The position numbers and the translations under genes were made by a program. Of a DNA stretch of 64,000 bases, positions 8,440-16,541 are shown piece after piece; position 1 is the stretch's first letter; the number at the start of each line of letters is the position of its first letter. The stretch lies in NCBI GenBank assembly GCA_030920305.1, contig JARLUB010000004.1, positions 43,558 to 107,557 on the forward strand. The letters are read 5' to 3'. Source of the stretch: Eubacteriales bacterium SKADARSKE-1 (GTDB lineage Bacteria; Bacillota; Clostridia; Oscillospirales; Acutalibacteraceae). The notes under the pieces were generated by a model that was not told the DNA's origin, made no database searches, and saw only the letters and a list, made by a program, of their open reading frames with translations.

Positions 8440-8468
8440 ATTATACATAAATTCACGTTTAATGTCAA
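8440..8468 (-). promoter_or_regulatory. Consensus sigmaA-type promoter of the GG-leader mini-protein gene
   Basis: On the minus strand: TTGACA (8468-8463), 17-nt spacer, TATAAT (8445-8440). Confidence 0.7.
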
Positions 8469-8593
8469 GATTTTATGCTAAAACACATAAATTTTTAAAT
8501 ATACTTAAAAATAAGCCTCATAGTAATTTTTGTAATGATTTCTAAAGTACTATTTAAAAACTTTTATTTAAGATTTTAAACAAAAAGCTGAGG

Positions 8594-10198
8594 TTATTTT
8601 TGTTTTTTAGCTAGCATAAAATCAATACCTCTTTTATACTTATGAAAAATTATTCCAGATAAATTTTTAGCAGAGGCAAAGTATCTGCTTTCAACATACA
8701 AAGGATAGATCATAGCATTATTGTGCAGGTATCTTTCGGCCTCAACCAACAATTTTATGGATTCCTCTGGTTCAGCAAAACTAGCCTTTTCAAGCATTTT
8801 ATCATATTCTACACTTTTAAGCTTTAAAATATTTTTTTCATTATTTGATCTAAACATACTTAAAAATTCAAGAGCAGAATCGCTTTGAGCAGTCATTGGC
8901 GCAACTGCCACTTGATAATCAGAATTATTTATTTTTGAATTGAGTTCTGATAAAGAAATAGGGTTCATATTAAAATGATAATTTAATTTATTGTTTAAAT
9001 TTTCAATAATATTGCTTACCATGGCTTTAACTTCAGGGGTGTTAAGACAAATAATAGTAACTTTTGGCAAAGATTTTAATTTTAGTTCTTTAAGGCCTCG
9101 ATCAAGATAGGTGTTTGAGCTTCGGTCCTCTTTAAGGTACATATCTTTTTGAGAAACTTCTTCAAAAGTTTTACTGCCTATTAATAATTTTTTCAAAACA
9201 ATATTTTCAGTTATTGAACAGTTATCAGGAATATTTGAAAGTATATATGTCCTGTTAAGTGAGGTTATTATGCTTTTTCTAAGTGATAGATTAGAAAAAA
9301 GAGAATCAGAAATATTGAAAGTAAGTCCCCAAATAGTATCATCAAAAGAAACCATATTAAAGTTTTCATTTTGCGCCTTTTTAAATTGACCTATGGGTAA
9401 AAGTGCAGCATCTAAAACTTCATCTTTTATTAAGTCAACCGCATTGCTAATATCTTTTCCTATGGAAAAACTTATGCCCGCTGGGATTGGTTTTTGAGCG
9501 CCAACATAATTTTCATTTTTAAATAATTGGATACTGTTAAAATGATCCCAACCGTACCTGCTTTTTATTTTAAATGGACCATTACCCAATACAGTTTTAT
9601 TTTCTAATCCATATTGTCCGGTACAAGATTCAAAAAATTCTTTATTGCATGGCATAGTTGGAGAAGTTGAAACTAATTTTGGGAAGTCCTTATTTGAATA
9701 TTCAAGATCAATTTTAAGAGTATTATTATCCACTGAATGAACACCAAGTTCATAAGAGGCGCCTGATGATAAATTAACCTTTTTTGCATTTTTTATGCAA
9801 TAAAGCGAAACAGCAAGAGGTGAATTTGTTTTTTTATCAAGGGCTCTTTGAAATCCAAACACAAAATCTTCGGCAGTTACTGGCGTTTTATTTTTGTTTG
9901 CCCAAGTGGCGTCATTTCTTAAATGAAAAGTATAAGAAGTAAAATCAGAATTTGCATCCCAAGAGTAAGCAACTCCGGGCAATGCGTTACCTTCAGAATC
10001 AGCTCGTGTTAAACCCTCAAATAAATTCATGATTACTATGTTTGAAGAGTAATCATTTGCAATTTGGGGATCTAGTGATTTAGGTTCGCTTTCTAAATTA
10101 TATTTAATAATTTGGGCGTCGGGGCTCTTTTTATTTTTGCATGAGCATAAAGAAAAGCTAAAAGTAAATATTAGTAAAATTGACAAAATTTTTTTCAT
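8594..10198 (-). CDS. ABC transporter substrate-binding protein, family 5 (oligopeptide-binding-like) probable lipoprotein; orphan with no permease or ATPase nearby
   Basis: Signal plus Cys is MKKILSILLIFTFSFSLCSC. The N-terminal ...YNLESEPKSLDPQIANDYSSNIVIMNLFEGLTR is typical of SBP_bac_5. Confidence 0.85.
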   Translation of the reverse strand: MKKILSILLIFTFSFSLCSCKNKKSPDAQIIKYNLESEPKSLDPQIANDYSSNIVIMNLFEGLTRADSEGNALPGVAYSWDANSDFTSYTFHLRNDATWANKNKTPVTAEDFVFGFQRALDKKTNSPLAVSLYCIKNAKKVNLSSGASYELGVHSVDNNTLKIDLEYSNKDFPKLVSTSPTMPCNKEFFESCTGQYGLENKTVLGNGPFKIKSRYGWDHFNSIQLFKNENYVGAQKPIPAGISFSIGKDISNAVDLIKDEVLDAALLPIGQFKKAQNENFNMVSFDDTIWGLTFNISDSLFSNLSLRKSIITSLNRTYILSNIPDNCSITENIVLKKLLIGSKTFEEVSQKDMYLKEDRSSNTYLDRGLKELKLKSLPKVTIICLNTPEVKAMVSNIIENLNNKLNYHFNMNPISLSELNSKINNSDYQVAVAPMTAQSDSALEFLSMFRSNNEKNILKLKSVEYDKMLEKASFAEPEESIKLLVEAERYLHNNAMIYPLYVESRYFASAKNLSGIIFHKYKRGIDFMLAKKQK

Positions 10199-10383
10199 AT
10201 TAATTAATCCCCTAGTTATATGTAAGTTTATAAGGAAAATTTTTATTTATAATTATACTATAGTGTATTTTATCATATTTTACGAATTAAAAGAATTATT
10301 AAAATTGAGAAGGAGACAGAAAGGGGGGTGCATTGTATATAATTCTCTGTCTCCTAATAATAAAATTTTGAAAAAACATAAAA

Positions 10384-10563
10384 TTATCTTAGAATAGATG
10401 GAACTTGCTCTATAAAATCTCCTACAGCGTGAACAGCTTTGCTGGCTTTTCTTTTTACCCTTCTGTTTTCTTTTATCATACAACTAAATACTGAACCAAG
10501 AATTACTCCTGATATCATGCCAATAAAAACTCCCCGTATTGTGTTTGCACTATTTCTAAACAT
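10384..10563 (-). CDS. Possible small membrane protein (59 aa, below the ORF-track cutoff)
   Basis: My own translation is MFRNSANTIRGVFIGMISGVILGSVFSCMIKENRRVKRKASKAVHAVGDFIEQVPSILR. It has one TM helix followed by a basic stretch. Confidence 0.35.
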   Translation of the reverse strand: MFRNSANTIRGVFIGMISGVILGSVFSCMIKENRRVKRKASKAVHAVGDFIEQVPSILR

Positions 10564-10881
10564 ATTAAATCACCATAATCTTTTTATATGCAAGGGTTTA
10601 ATAAATAATTTGCAATAAAAAGAGCTCCTTTCTTTTTATTTTTAAAAGCATTGTGTTTGGACCAAAATTATTTTATCCATATTTTTAAACTTTTATTTTT
10701 TGAAAGTATTTCCTAATGGTTTATTGTTTAGCTTTTGTATAAAGAAGAGGTTTTTAGCAAATAGTATAATTAAAACGTTTAAAAAACTTAATTGGAAATT
10801 TAAATCAATTGAATATTATCTAAACAAGAGCTAAAACTATTAATGCGGACTTGTCCGCAATGTAAAGGGGTGAAAATAAGA

Positions 10882-11091
10882 ATGGATAAATTGGCGTTGA
10901 TTTTAGTTATAATAGGCGGTCTTAACTGGGGCTCAATAGGTATATTTAGGTTTGACATTGTTTCATGGATATTTGGAGGGCAGATAAGCATGGGTAGTCG
11001 TATAGTTTATACAATTGTAGCATTAGCTGCAATTTGGTGTATATCTCTCTTATTTAGAGATTCCGAAGAGGTTGTCCATGAAGTCTCGTAA
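10882..11091 (+). CDS. DUF378 family small membrane protein
   Basis: MDKLALILVIIGGLNWGSIGIFRFDIVSWIFGG matches the DUF378 signature. The internal ATG at 10882 is preceded by 'aagggg'. Confidence 0.8.
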   Translation: MDKLALILVIIGGLNWGSIGIFRFDIVSWIFGGQISMGSRIVYTIVALAAIWCISLLFRDSEEVVHEVS

Positions 11092-11127
11092 AATTGCTTT
11101 GTTTCACTCAGTTAAAACTTTGAGCTC

Positions 11128-11161
11128 AAAAACCTCTAGTTATAAAAACTAGAGGTTTTTG
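11128..11161 (+). terminator. Rho-independent terminator
   Basis: The stem aaaaacctctagt / actagaggttttt is perfect and has a T-run. Confidence 0.85.
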
Positions 11162-11393
11162 TAATTTAGATATAAACAATAAAAATAAAGACATGGCTAT
11201 TATAAAACAAAGTGACAAATGCATAATGACCTTTTAGTATCACCAGAGTTTTTCACATTTTCCACCAGTTTTAAACATCAATGGTCAATAGAGTTAAATG
11301 TTATCAACTTTAGCAAAATAGTTTGGCGAAGTTTCACATAAAGGTTATTGGATATTGACAGCAAAGGGTCAAAAGCTAATTTAGATAAGTTTT

Positions 11394-11804
11394 TTAATTG
11401 TTAGAATGTTTTTTTAAAATAAATAAAGCTAAACTGCAAAGAGCAAAATTTATTAAAATAGATATTCCGGGCTTCCAAGTTGAAATTAAAAGACAAGAAC
11501 AATGGGGGTTATATTTGGTAAATAAAATGATTAGTAATAGTTTATTTAATGAGCAAATTATATTGTTTATGAGTAAAACAATAATAGCTATATATTTTTT
11601 ACCAATAACAGCTGCAACAAATAATAAGAAAAAGAATTTTGATAAAATAGCATTAAATAAAGAGCTGAAAGGAATAAGTTCACTTAAAAAAAATAAAATG
11701 ACAAATACATAGGTAATATATTCGCTAAAATCAATAAAAATTTTTAATATTTTATTTTGTGAAACGAAACTATATATTGTATCCATAAGTTTATTAAGTG
11801 TCAT
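11394..11804 (-). CDS. Hypothetical multi-pass membrane protein
   Basis: RBS 'ggaggt' lies upstream of the ATG at 11804. The protein is strongly hydrophobic with about 4 TM segments. Confidence 0.6.
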   Translation of the reverse strand: MTLNKLMDTIYSFVSQNKILKIFIDFSEYITYVFVILFFLSELIPFSSLFNAILSKFFFLLFVAAVIGKKYIAIIVLLINNIICSLNKLLLIILFTKYNPHCSCLLISTWKPGISILINFALCSLALFILKKHSNN

Positions 11805-12273
11805 TATTTACCTCCGGAAAATATAATTCAAAATATCTTACCATAAAAAGCTATTTTTTACAAGACAAAACAAGTTTAATTAAGTGTCAGAAAATAGAAT
11901 ATAAGAGTAGAGGAGAGTTTCAACTCAGGGAAAAGCAACTTTCTTTTTTTATGTTTTTCTACACTTTAGCTCACACAAAGACTATATTTTGCTCACTTCT
12001 AAATTCATTTACACTTTTTGTATATAACTTTATTTTTTGTGTAATTGTATTTTTAAATATGAAATTATTTAAATGGTCTCATTGTCAAAAATAAAAAATT
12101 AGTATAAAAAAAATTAAAAAGAACTATTGAATATTTTTTTAAAATATGCTAAAATAACTGGCGTATCTTAAATTGTGTGATTTGTTTTAAAGTTTGTGGC
12201 GTTTTATGTTTTACACACGTATAAGAAATATGTCTATTTTTGACACTAAAATAATTTTGGGAGTGACTTATTA

Positions 12274-12678
12274 ATGAATATAGCATTTATTGCACATGAT
12301 GCAAAAAAGGAATTAATGGTACAGTTCTGTATTGCCTATTCAGGCATATTAAGTAAGCATCACCTTTGTGCAACAGGAACCACAGGAAAAATGATTTCAG
12401 ACTCTACGGGCCTTAAAGTACAAAAATTTTTAGGTGGAGGTCAGGGTGGTTCTCAACAGGTAGCAGCAAGAATAGCTTGCAATGAAATTGATATGCTAAT
12501 GTTCTTTAGAGACCCAATGAGCCCAAAATCACAAAGTCCGTCAGATACTAATATTTTAAGACTCTGTGATATGCACAGTATTCCTTTAGCTACCAATATA
12601 GCAACTGCGGAAGTTTTAATTCATGGTCTTGACAGAGGCGACCTTGAATGGAGAAATATATTAAATCCACATATGTAA
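12274..12678 (+). CDS. mgsA: Methylglyoxal synthase
   Basis: MNIAFIAHDAKKELMVQF...LCATGTTGKMI...GGGQGGSQQVAARI is a typical MgsA sequence. Confidence 0.9.
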   Translation: MNIAFIAHDAKKELMVQFCIAYSGILSKHHLCATGTTGKMISDSTGLKVQKFLGGGQGGSQQVAARIACNEIDMLMFFRDPMSPKSQSPSDTNILRLCDMHSIPLATNIATAEVLIHGLDRGDLEWRNILNPHM

Positions 12679-12726
12679 AGTATAGGTTTTATATGATTAC
12701 ATAATTTATAATAGTAAATACCCAAC

Positions 12727-12763
12727 AAAAGGTCTTCTTCCTCGGGAGAGGACCTTTGTTTAT
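12727..12763 (+). terminator. Rho-independent terminator after mgsA
   Basis: The stem is aaaggtcttcttc / gggagaggaccttt (about 10-13 bp including G.U pairs), followed by tttgttt. Confidence 0.65.
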
Positions 12764-12855
12764 TAGATACAAGAAGGAAGAAGCAAGAGGCAAGAATTTG
12801 TAAAGGTAATTTAAAGTTTTAATTTATCATTTTCTAAGATAGGAGTAACAAGTTT

Positions 12856-14172
12856 ATGCAACTTTTAACTAAAGCCCCTAGGGGGACTCAAGACATTTTA
12901 CCAAAAGATAGCTATAAGTGGCAGTTTATTGAAAATATAATGCTAAATCAAGCGGAACTTTTTGGGTTTTCAGAAATTAGAACACCAGTATTTGAACATA
13001 CAGAACTTTTTAGTCGGTCTGTTGGAGAAGATACTGATGTTGTTCAAAAAGAAATGTACACTTTTAACGATAAAGGCGGAAGGTCTATCACTTTGCGGCC
13101 GGAAGGCACAGCAGGGGCTGTTCGTGCTATGCTAGAGCATGGCCTTTACAATGAAAGCTTGCCAGTTAAAATGAGTTATATAACCTTATGCTATCGCTAT
13201 GAAAAGCCACAGTCTGGCAGATGGCGCGAGTTTACCCAATTTGGCGTTGAAATGTTTGGTGCATCTTCCGCGGCAGCAGATGCTGAAGTAATATGTTTAG
13301 CTAAAACTTTATTTGATAGGTTGGGGTTATCAAATATATCGCTTGAAATTAATTCTATTGGTTGCCCTAAATGCCGCGCAAAATATTATGAAGCTTTAAA
13401 AAAATATTTTGAGGGGTATAAATCAGAGCTATGTGAAACCTGTCTTTCAAGATTAGATAGAAACCCTATGAGAATACTTGATTGTAAGAGCCTAATTTGC
13501 TCAAAAATCGCTGAGAATGCACCAGCAGTGCTTGATTTTATCTGCGCTGATTGCAAAGAGCACTTTGAAAAATTAAAAGAATATCTTGACGCTGTATCAA
13601 TTGAATATACAGTAAATCCTAAGATCGTTAGAGGACTTGACTATTATACAAGAACTGTGTTTGAATTTGTATCAAAGGACAAAAACACATTAGGATTGGT
13701 TTGCGGTGGTGGCGGTCGCTATGATGGTTTAGTAGAAGAGCTTGGAGGCAAACCAACACCGGCTTTAGGATTTGGACTTGGTATTGGCAGAATTCTTTTA
13801 GCTATGGAAAGCCAAGGTATAGAGATTCCTAAGACCAATGTTTGCGATGTATATATAGCTTCCATTGGCGATGCAGCATCTCTTTTCGCATTTAATTTAA
13901 CAAGACTTTTAAGAGAATCATCATTTATAGCAGAATATGATACAATTGGTAGAGGGCTTAAAGCTCAAATGAAATATGCCGACAAAATTGGTGCTAAATT
14001 TACACTTGTTTTAGGTGACGATGAAATAGCATCTAAAAAAGCTAAAATAAAAAACATGAAAACAGGAGACCTTTTAGAAATTAATTTAGATAAAAACTTT
14101 TTAACTGAGTTTTTTAAAATACATGCGGAAGCTGAAAACGAAAAGATTTTTAAAAATTTTAGTCAAAAATAA
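12856..14172 (+). CDS. hisS: Histidine--tRNA ligase
   Basis: Contains TLRPEGTAGAVRAM, CGGGGRYDGLVEELGG and class II motifs. Confidence 0.95.
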   Translation: MQLLTKAPRGTQDILPKDSYKWQFIENIMLNQAELFGFSEIRTPVFEHTELFSRSVGEDTDVVQKEMYTFNDKGGRSITLRPEGTAGAVRAMLEHGLYNESLPVKMSYITLCYRYEKPQSGRWREFTQFGVEMFGASSAAADAEVICLAKTLFDRLGLSNISLEINSIGCPKCRAKYYEALKKYFEGYKSELCETCLSRLDRNPMRILDCKSLICSKIAENAPAVLDFICADCKEHFEKLKEYLDAVSIEYTVNPKIVRGLDYYTRTVFEFVSKDKNTLGLVCGGGGRYDGLVEELGGKPTPALGFGLGIGRILLAMESQGIEIPKTNVCDVYIASIGDAASLFAFNLTRLLRESSFIAEYDTIGRGLKAQMKYADKIGAKFTLVLGDDEIASKKAKIKNMKTGDLLEINLDKNFLTEFFKIHAEAENEKIFKNFSQK

Positions 14173-14184
14173 GGGGATTTAAAT

Positions 14185-15966
14185 ATGTCTGAAAATATGG
14201 CGGGCCTTAAAAGAACAAATTATTGTGGTGAATTGGGCCTTAACGATGCTGGAAAAGAAGTTGTAGTTTGTGGTTGGGCACAAAGACAGCGAGACTTAGG
14301 ACAGCTTATATTTATAGATTTAAGAGACAGAACCGGGATTGTTCAATTAGCATTTTGTGAATCTTTAAATAAGGAAGTTTTTGATAAAGCGTTTAGTGTG
14401 CGTTCAGAGTTTGTCCTTTGTGCTAAAGGTATAGTTCGTGAGCGTTCTTCTAAAAACTTGCAAATAAAAACTGGTGAAATTGAAATTGAAGTATCGGATT
14501 TAAGAATCCTTTCAAAATCAGAGACACCGCCGTTTGAAATAGTGACTGATTCAAACGTTAACGAAGAGTTGCGTTTAAAATATAGATATCTTGATTTGCG
14601 CCGGCCAGACGTTCAAGATAAAATTATACAAAGACATAAAATAGTAAAAATCGCAAGAGATTATTTTGATGGAAATGGATTTATAGAAATAGAGACACCG
14701 ATACTTATAAAGTCAACGCCTGAAGGGGCCCGAGACTATTTGGTGCCTTCTAGAGTTTTCCCGGGAAATTTTTTCGCACTTCCTCAATCGCCGCAGCTTT
14801 ATAAGCAGATTTCAATGATATCTGGGTTCGACAAGTATTTTCAGGTAGCAAAGTGCTTTCGCGATGAAGATTTGAGAGCACAACGGCAGCCAGAATTTAC
14901 TCAGCTCGATATGGAGATGTCTTTTGTTGACTGCGAAGATGTGATGGGTGTGGCGGAAGGCTTTTTAAAAAAGGTCTATAGAGAGATTTTAAACATAGAA
15001 CTTACCACACCTTTTTTAAGAATGCCTTACAATGAAGCAATGGAGCGGTTTGGATCAGATAAACCTGATTTGAGGTTTGGTTTAGAATTGGTAGATTTAA
15101 CAGACAGTTTGAAAAATACTGAGTTCAAGGTTTTTTCGGGAGCTATTGCCAACGGCGGCTCAGTTAGAGCCATAAACGTTAAGAACGCTGCTTCAAAAGT
15201 TTCAAGAAAAGAAATAGATAAACTGACAGAATGGATAAAAGCATATGGCGCTAAGGGCTTGGCCTGGACTAAATTAAATGAAGACGGCAGTTCTAGCTCT
15301 TCGTATGAAAAGTTTTTATCAGAAAATGAGTGCAAAGCAATTAGAAATACAGTAGGCGCTCAAAATGGTGATGTAATTTTCATGGTAGCAGATTCTAAAA
15401 ACAAAGTGGTGTTTGACAGTTTAGGAGCATTGCGCTGTGAATTGGCAGAACGCCTTGATTTGATAGACAAGTCTAAACCAAACTTTTTGTGGGTTGTGGA
15501 TTTTCCTATGTTTGAGTATGATGAAGAGGAAGGTCGCTTTGTTGCGATGCACCATCCGTTTACTCACCCAAAAGATGAAGATATAGAAAAAATAGAAAAA
15601 GATCCAGCAGCGGTTAGGGCTAAAGCTTACGATATTGTTTTAAATGGCAATGAAATTGGCGGTGGGTCAATTAGAATAAATAGCTCAGAGCTACAAGAAA
15701 AAATGTTTAAAGCTTTAGGGTTTACTGAAGAAAGTGCAAGAGAGAAATTTGGCTTTTTAGTAGATGCATTTAAGTTTGGAGCACCGCCGCATGGGGGTCT
15801 TGCTTTTGGACTTGATAGGCTAGTTATGTTAATGCTAGATTGTTCTAGTATTCGTGATGTTATAGCTTTCCCGAAAGTTGCAACTTCAGCAGAACTTATG
15901 AGCCAAGCTCCGGGAGCTGTTGACAAAAAGCAATTAGATGAACTAAAATTAAAAATTAGTGAATAA
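14185..15966 (+). CDS. aspS: Aspartate--tRNA ligase
   Basis: Contains FRDEDLRAQRQPEFTQLDMEMSF, GNEIGGGSIRI and GLAFGLDRLVML. It starts 12 nt after hisS. Confidence 0.95.
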   Translation: MSENMAGLKRTNYCGELGLNDAGKEVVVCGWAQRQRDLGQLIFIDLRDRTGIVQLAFCESLNKEVFDKAFSVRSEFVLCAKGIVRERSSKNLQIKTGEIEIEVSDLRILSKSETPPFEIVTDSNVNEELRLKYRYLDLRRPDVQDKIIQRHKIVKIARDYFDGNGFIEIETPILIKSTPEGARDYLVPSRVFPGNFFALPQSPQLYKQISMISGFDKYFQVAKCFRDEDLRAQRQPEFTQLDMEMSFVDCEDVMGVAEGFLKKVYREILNIELTTPFLRMPYNEAMERFGSDKPDLRFGLELVDLTDSLKNTEFKVFSGAIANGGSVRAINVKNAASKVSRKEIDKLTEWIKAYGAKGLAWTKLNEDGSSSSSYEKFLSENECKAIRNTVGAQNGDVIFMVADSKNKVVFDSLGALRCELAERLDLIDKSKPNFLWVVDFPMFEYDEEEGRFVAMHHPFTHPKDEDIEKIEKDPAAVRAKAYDIVLNGNEIGGGSIRINSSELQEKMFKALGFTEESAREKFGFLVDAFKFGAPPHGGLAFGLDRLVMLMLDCSSIRDVIAFPKVATSAELMSQAPGAVDKKQLDELKLKISE

Positions 15967-16030
15967 TATTCAAAATCTAAATTCATATTTCTAGTCTAAG
16001 ACTAACTTATAATCTATGAGAAAATTGTGA

Positions 16031-16073
16031 GGCGCCGCGAAAGTGCGAACAAAGTGAGCGCGAAAGTGGCGCC
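16031..16073 (+). repeat. GC-rich intergenic element, copy A (outer palindromic arms enclosing GCGAAAGTGC ... GCGAAAGT)
   Basis: Sequence is ggcgcc gcgaaagtgc gaacaaagtgagc gcgaaagt ggcgcc, followed by attatt. Confidence 0.8.
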
Positions 16074-16169
16074 ATTATTAAAAAGCAAGCTTTTAGCTGG
16101 TATGAAACTTAGAAATACAGTTAAATGGGGTTGCTACCAGCTTATTATTTTTTCAGTATAGAGGTTTTT

Positions 16170-16505
16170 ATGAAAGTTGCTGTTGTTGGCTCAAGAGGGC
16201 TCAATTTAGATATTGGCAAGCACATTCCCAAAATCACAACACTAATTATTACCGGTGGAGCGAAGGGAATTGATGAATTAGCAGAAAATTATGCAGATGA
16301 AAAACATATTCCTAAGCTTATAATAAGGCCAGAATACAACAAATATGGCAAAGCTGCACCACTTATAAGAACCAAAGCAATAATAGAAAAATCGGATCTT
16401 ATTATTGTATTTTGGGACGGAGAATCAAAAGGAACTCAATATGCAATAAAATACGCGACCTCATTAGGCAAAAAAATAATATTACATAAAATATTAAATG
16501 TTTAA
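16170..16505 (+). CDS. SLOG/DUF2493-like small Rossmann-fold protein
   Basis: MKVAVVGSRG...IITGGAKGIDELAENYA...IVFWDGESKGTQYAIKYA fits the family. The internal ATG at 16170 is preceded by 'gaggt'. Confidence 0.65.
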   Translation: MKVAVVGSRGLNLDIGKHIPKITTLIITGGAKGIDELAENYADEKHIPKLIIRPEYNKYGKAAPLIRTKAIIEKSDLIIVFWDGESKGTQYAIKYATSLGKKIILHKILNV

Positions 16506-16541
16506 AATATTTATAAATTAGGGTTATGTAAGGAGCAAAAA

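Noticed and set aside
10137-10483. ORFs 10137..10397 (+) and 10280..10483 (-)
   Set aside because: They overlap the SBP gene start and promoter region and each other, and neither has an RBS. A 59-aa minus-strand TM-protein frame (10384..10563) explains the region better.
11398-12094. Plus-strand ORFs 11398..11712 and 11798..12094
   Set aside because: The first is antisense to a membrane-protein gene that has a GGAGG RBS. The second lies in AT-rich spacer, has no RBS and has an implausible composition.
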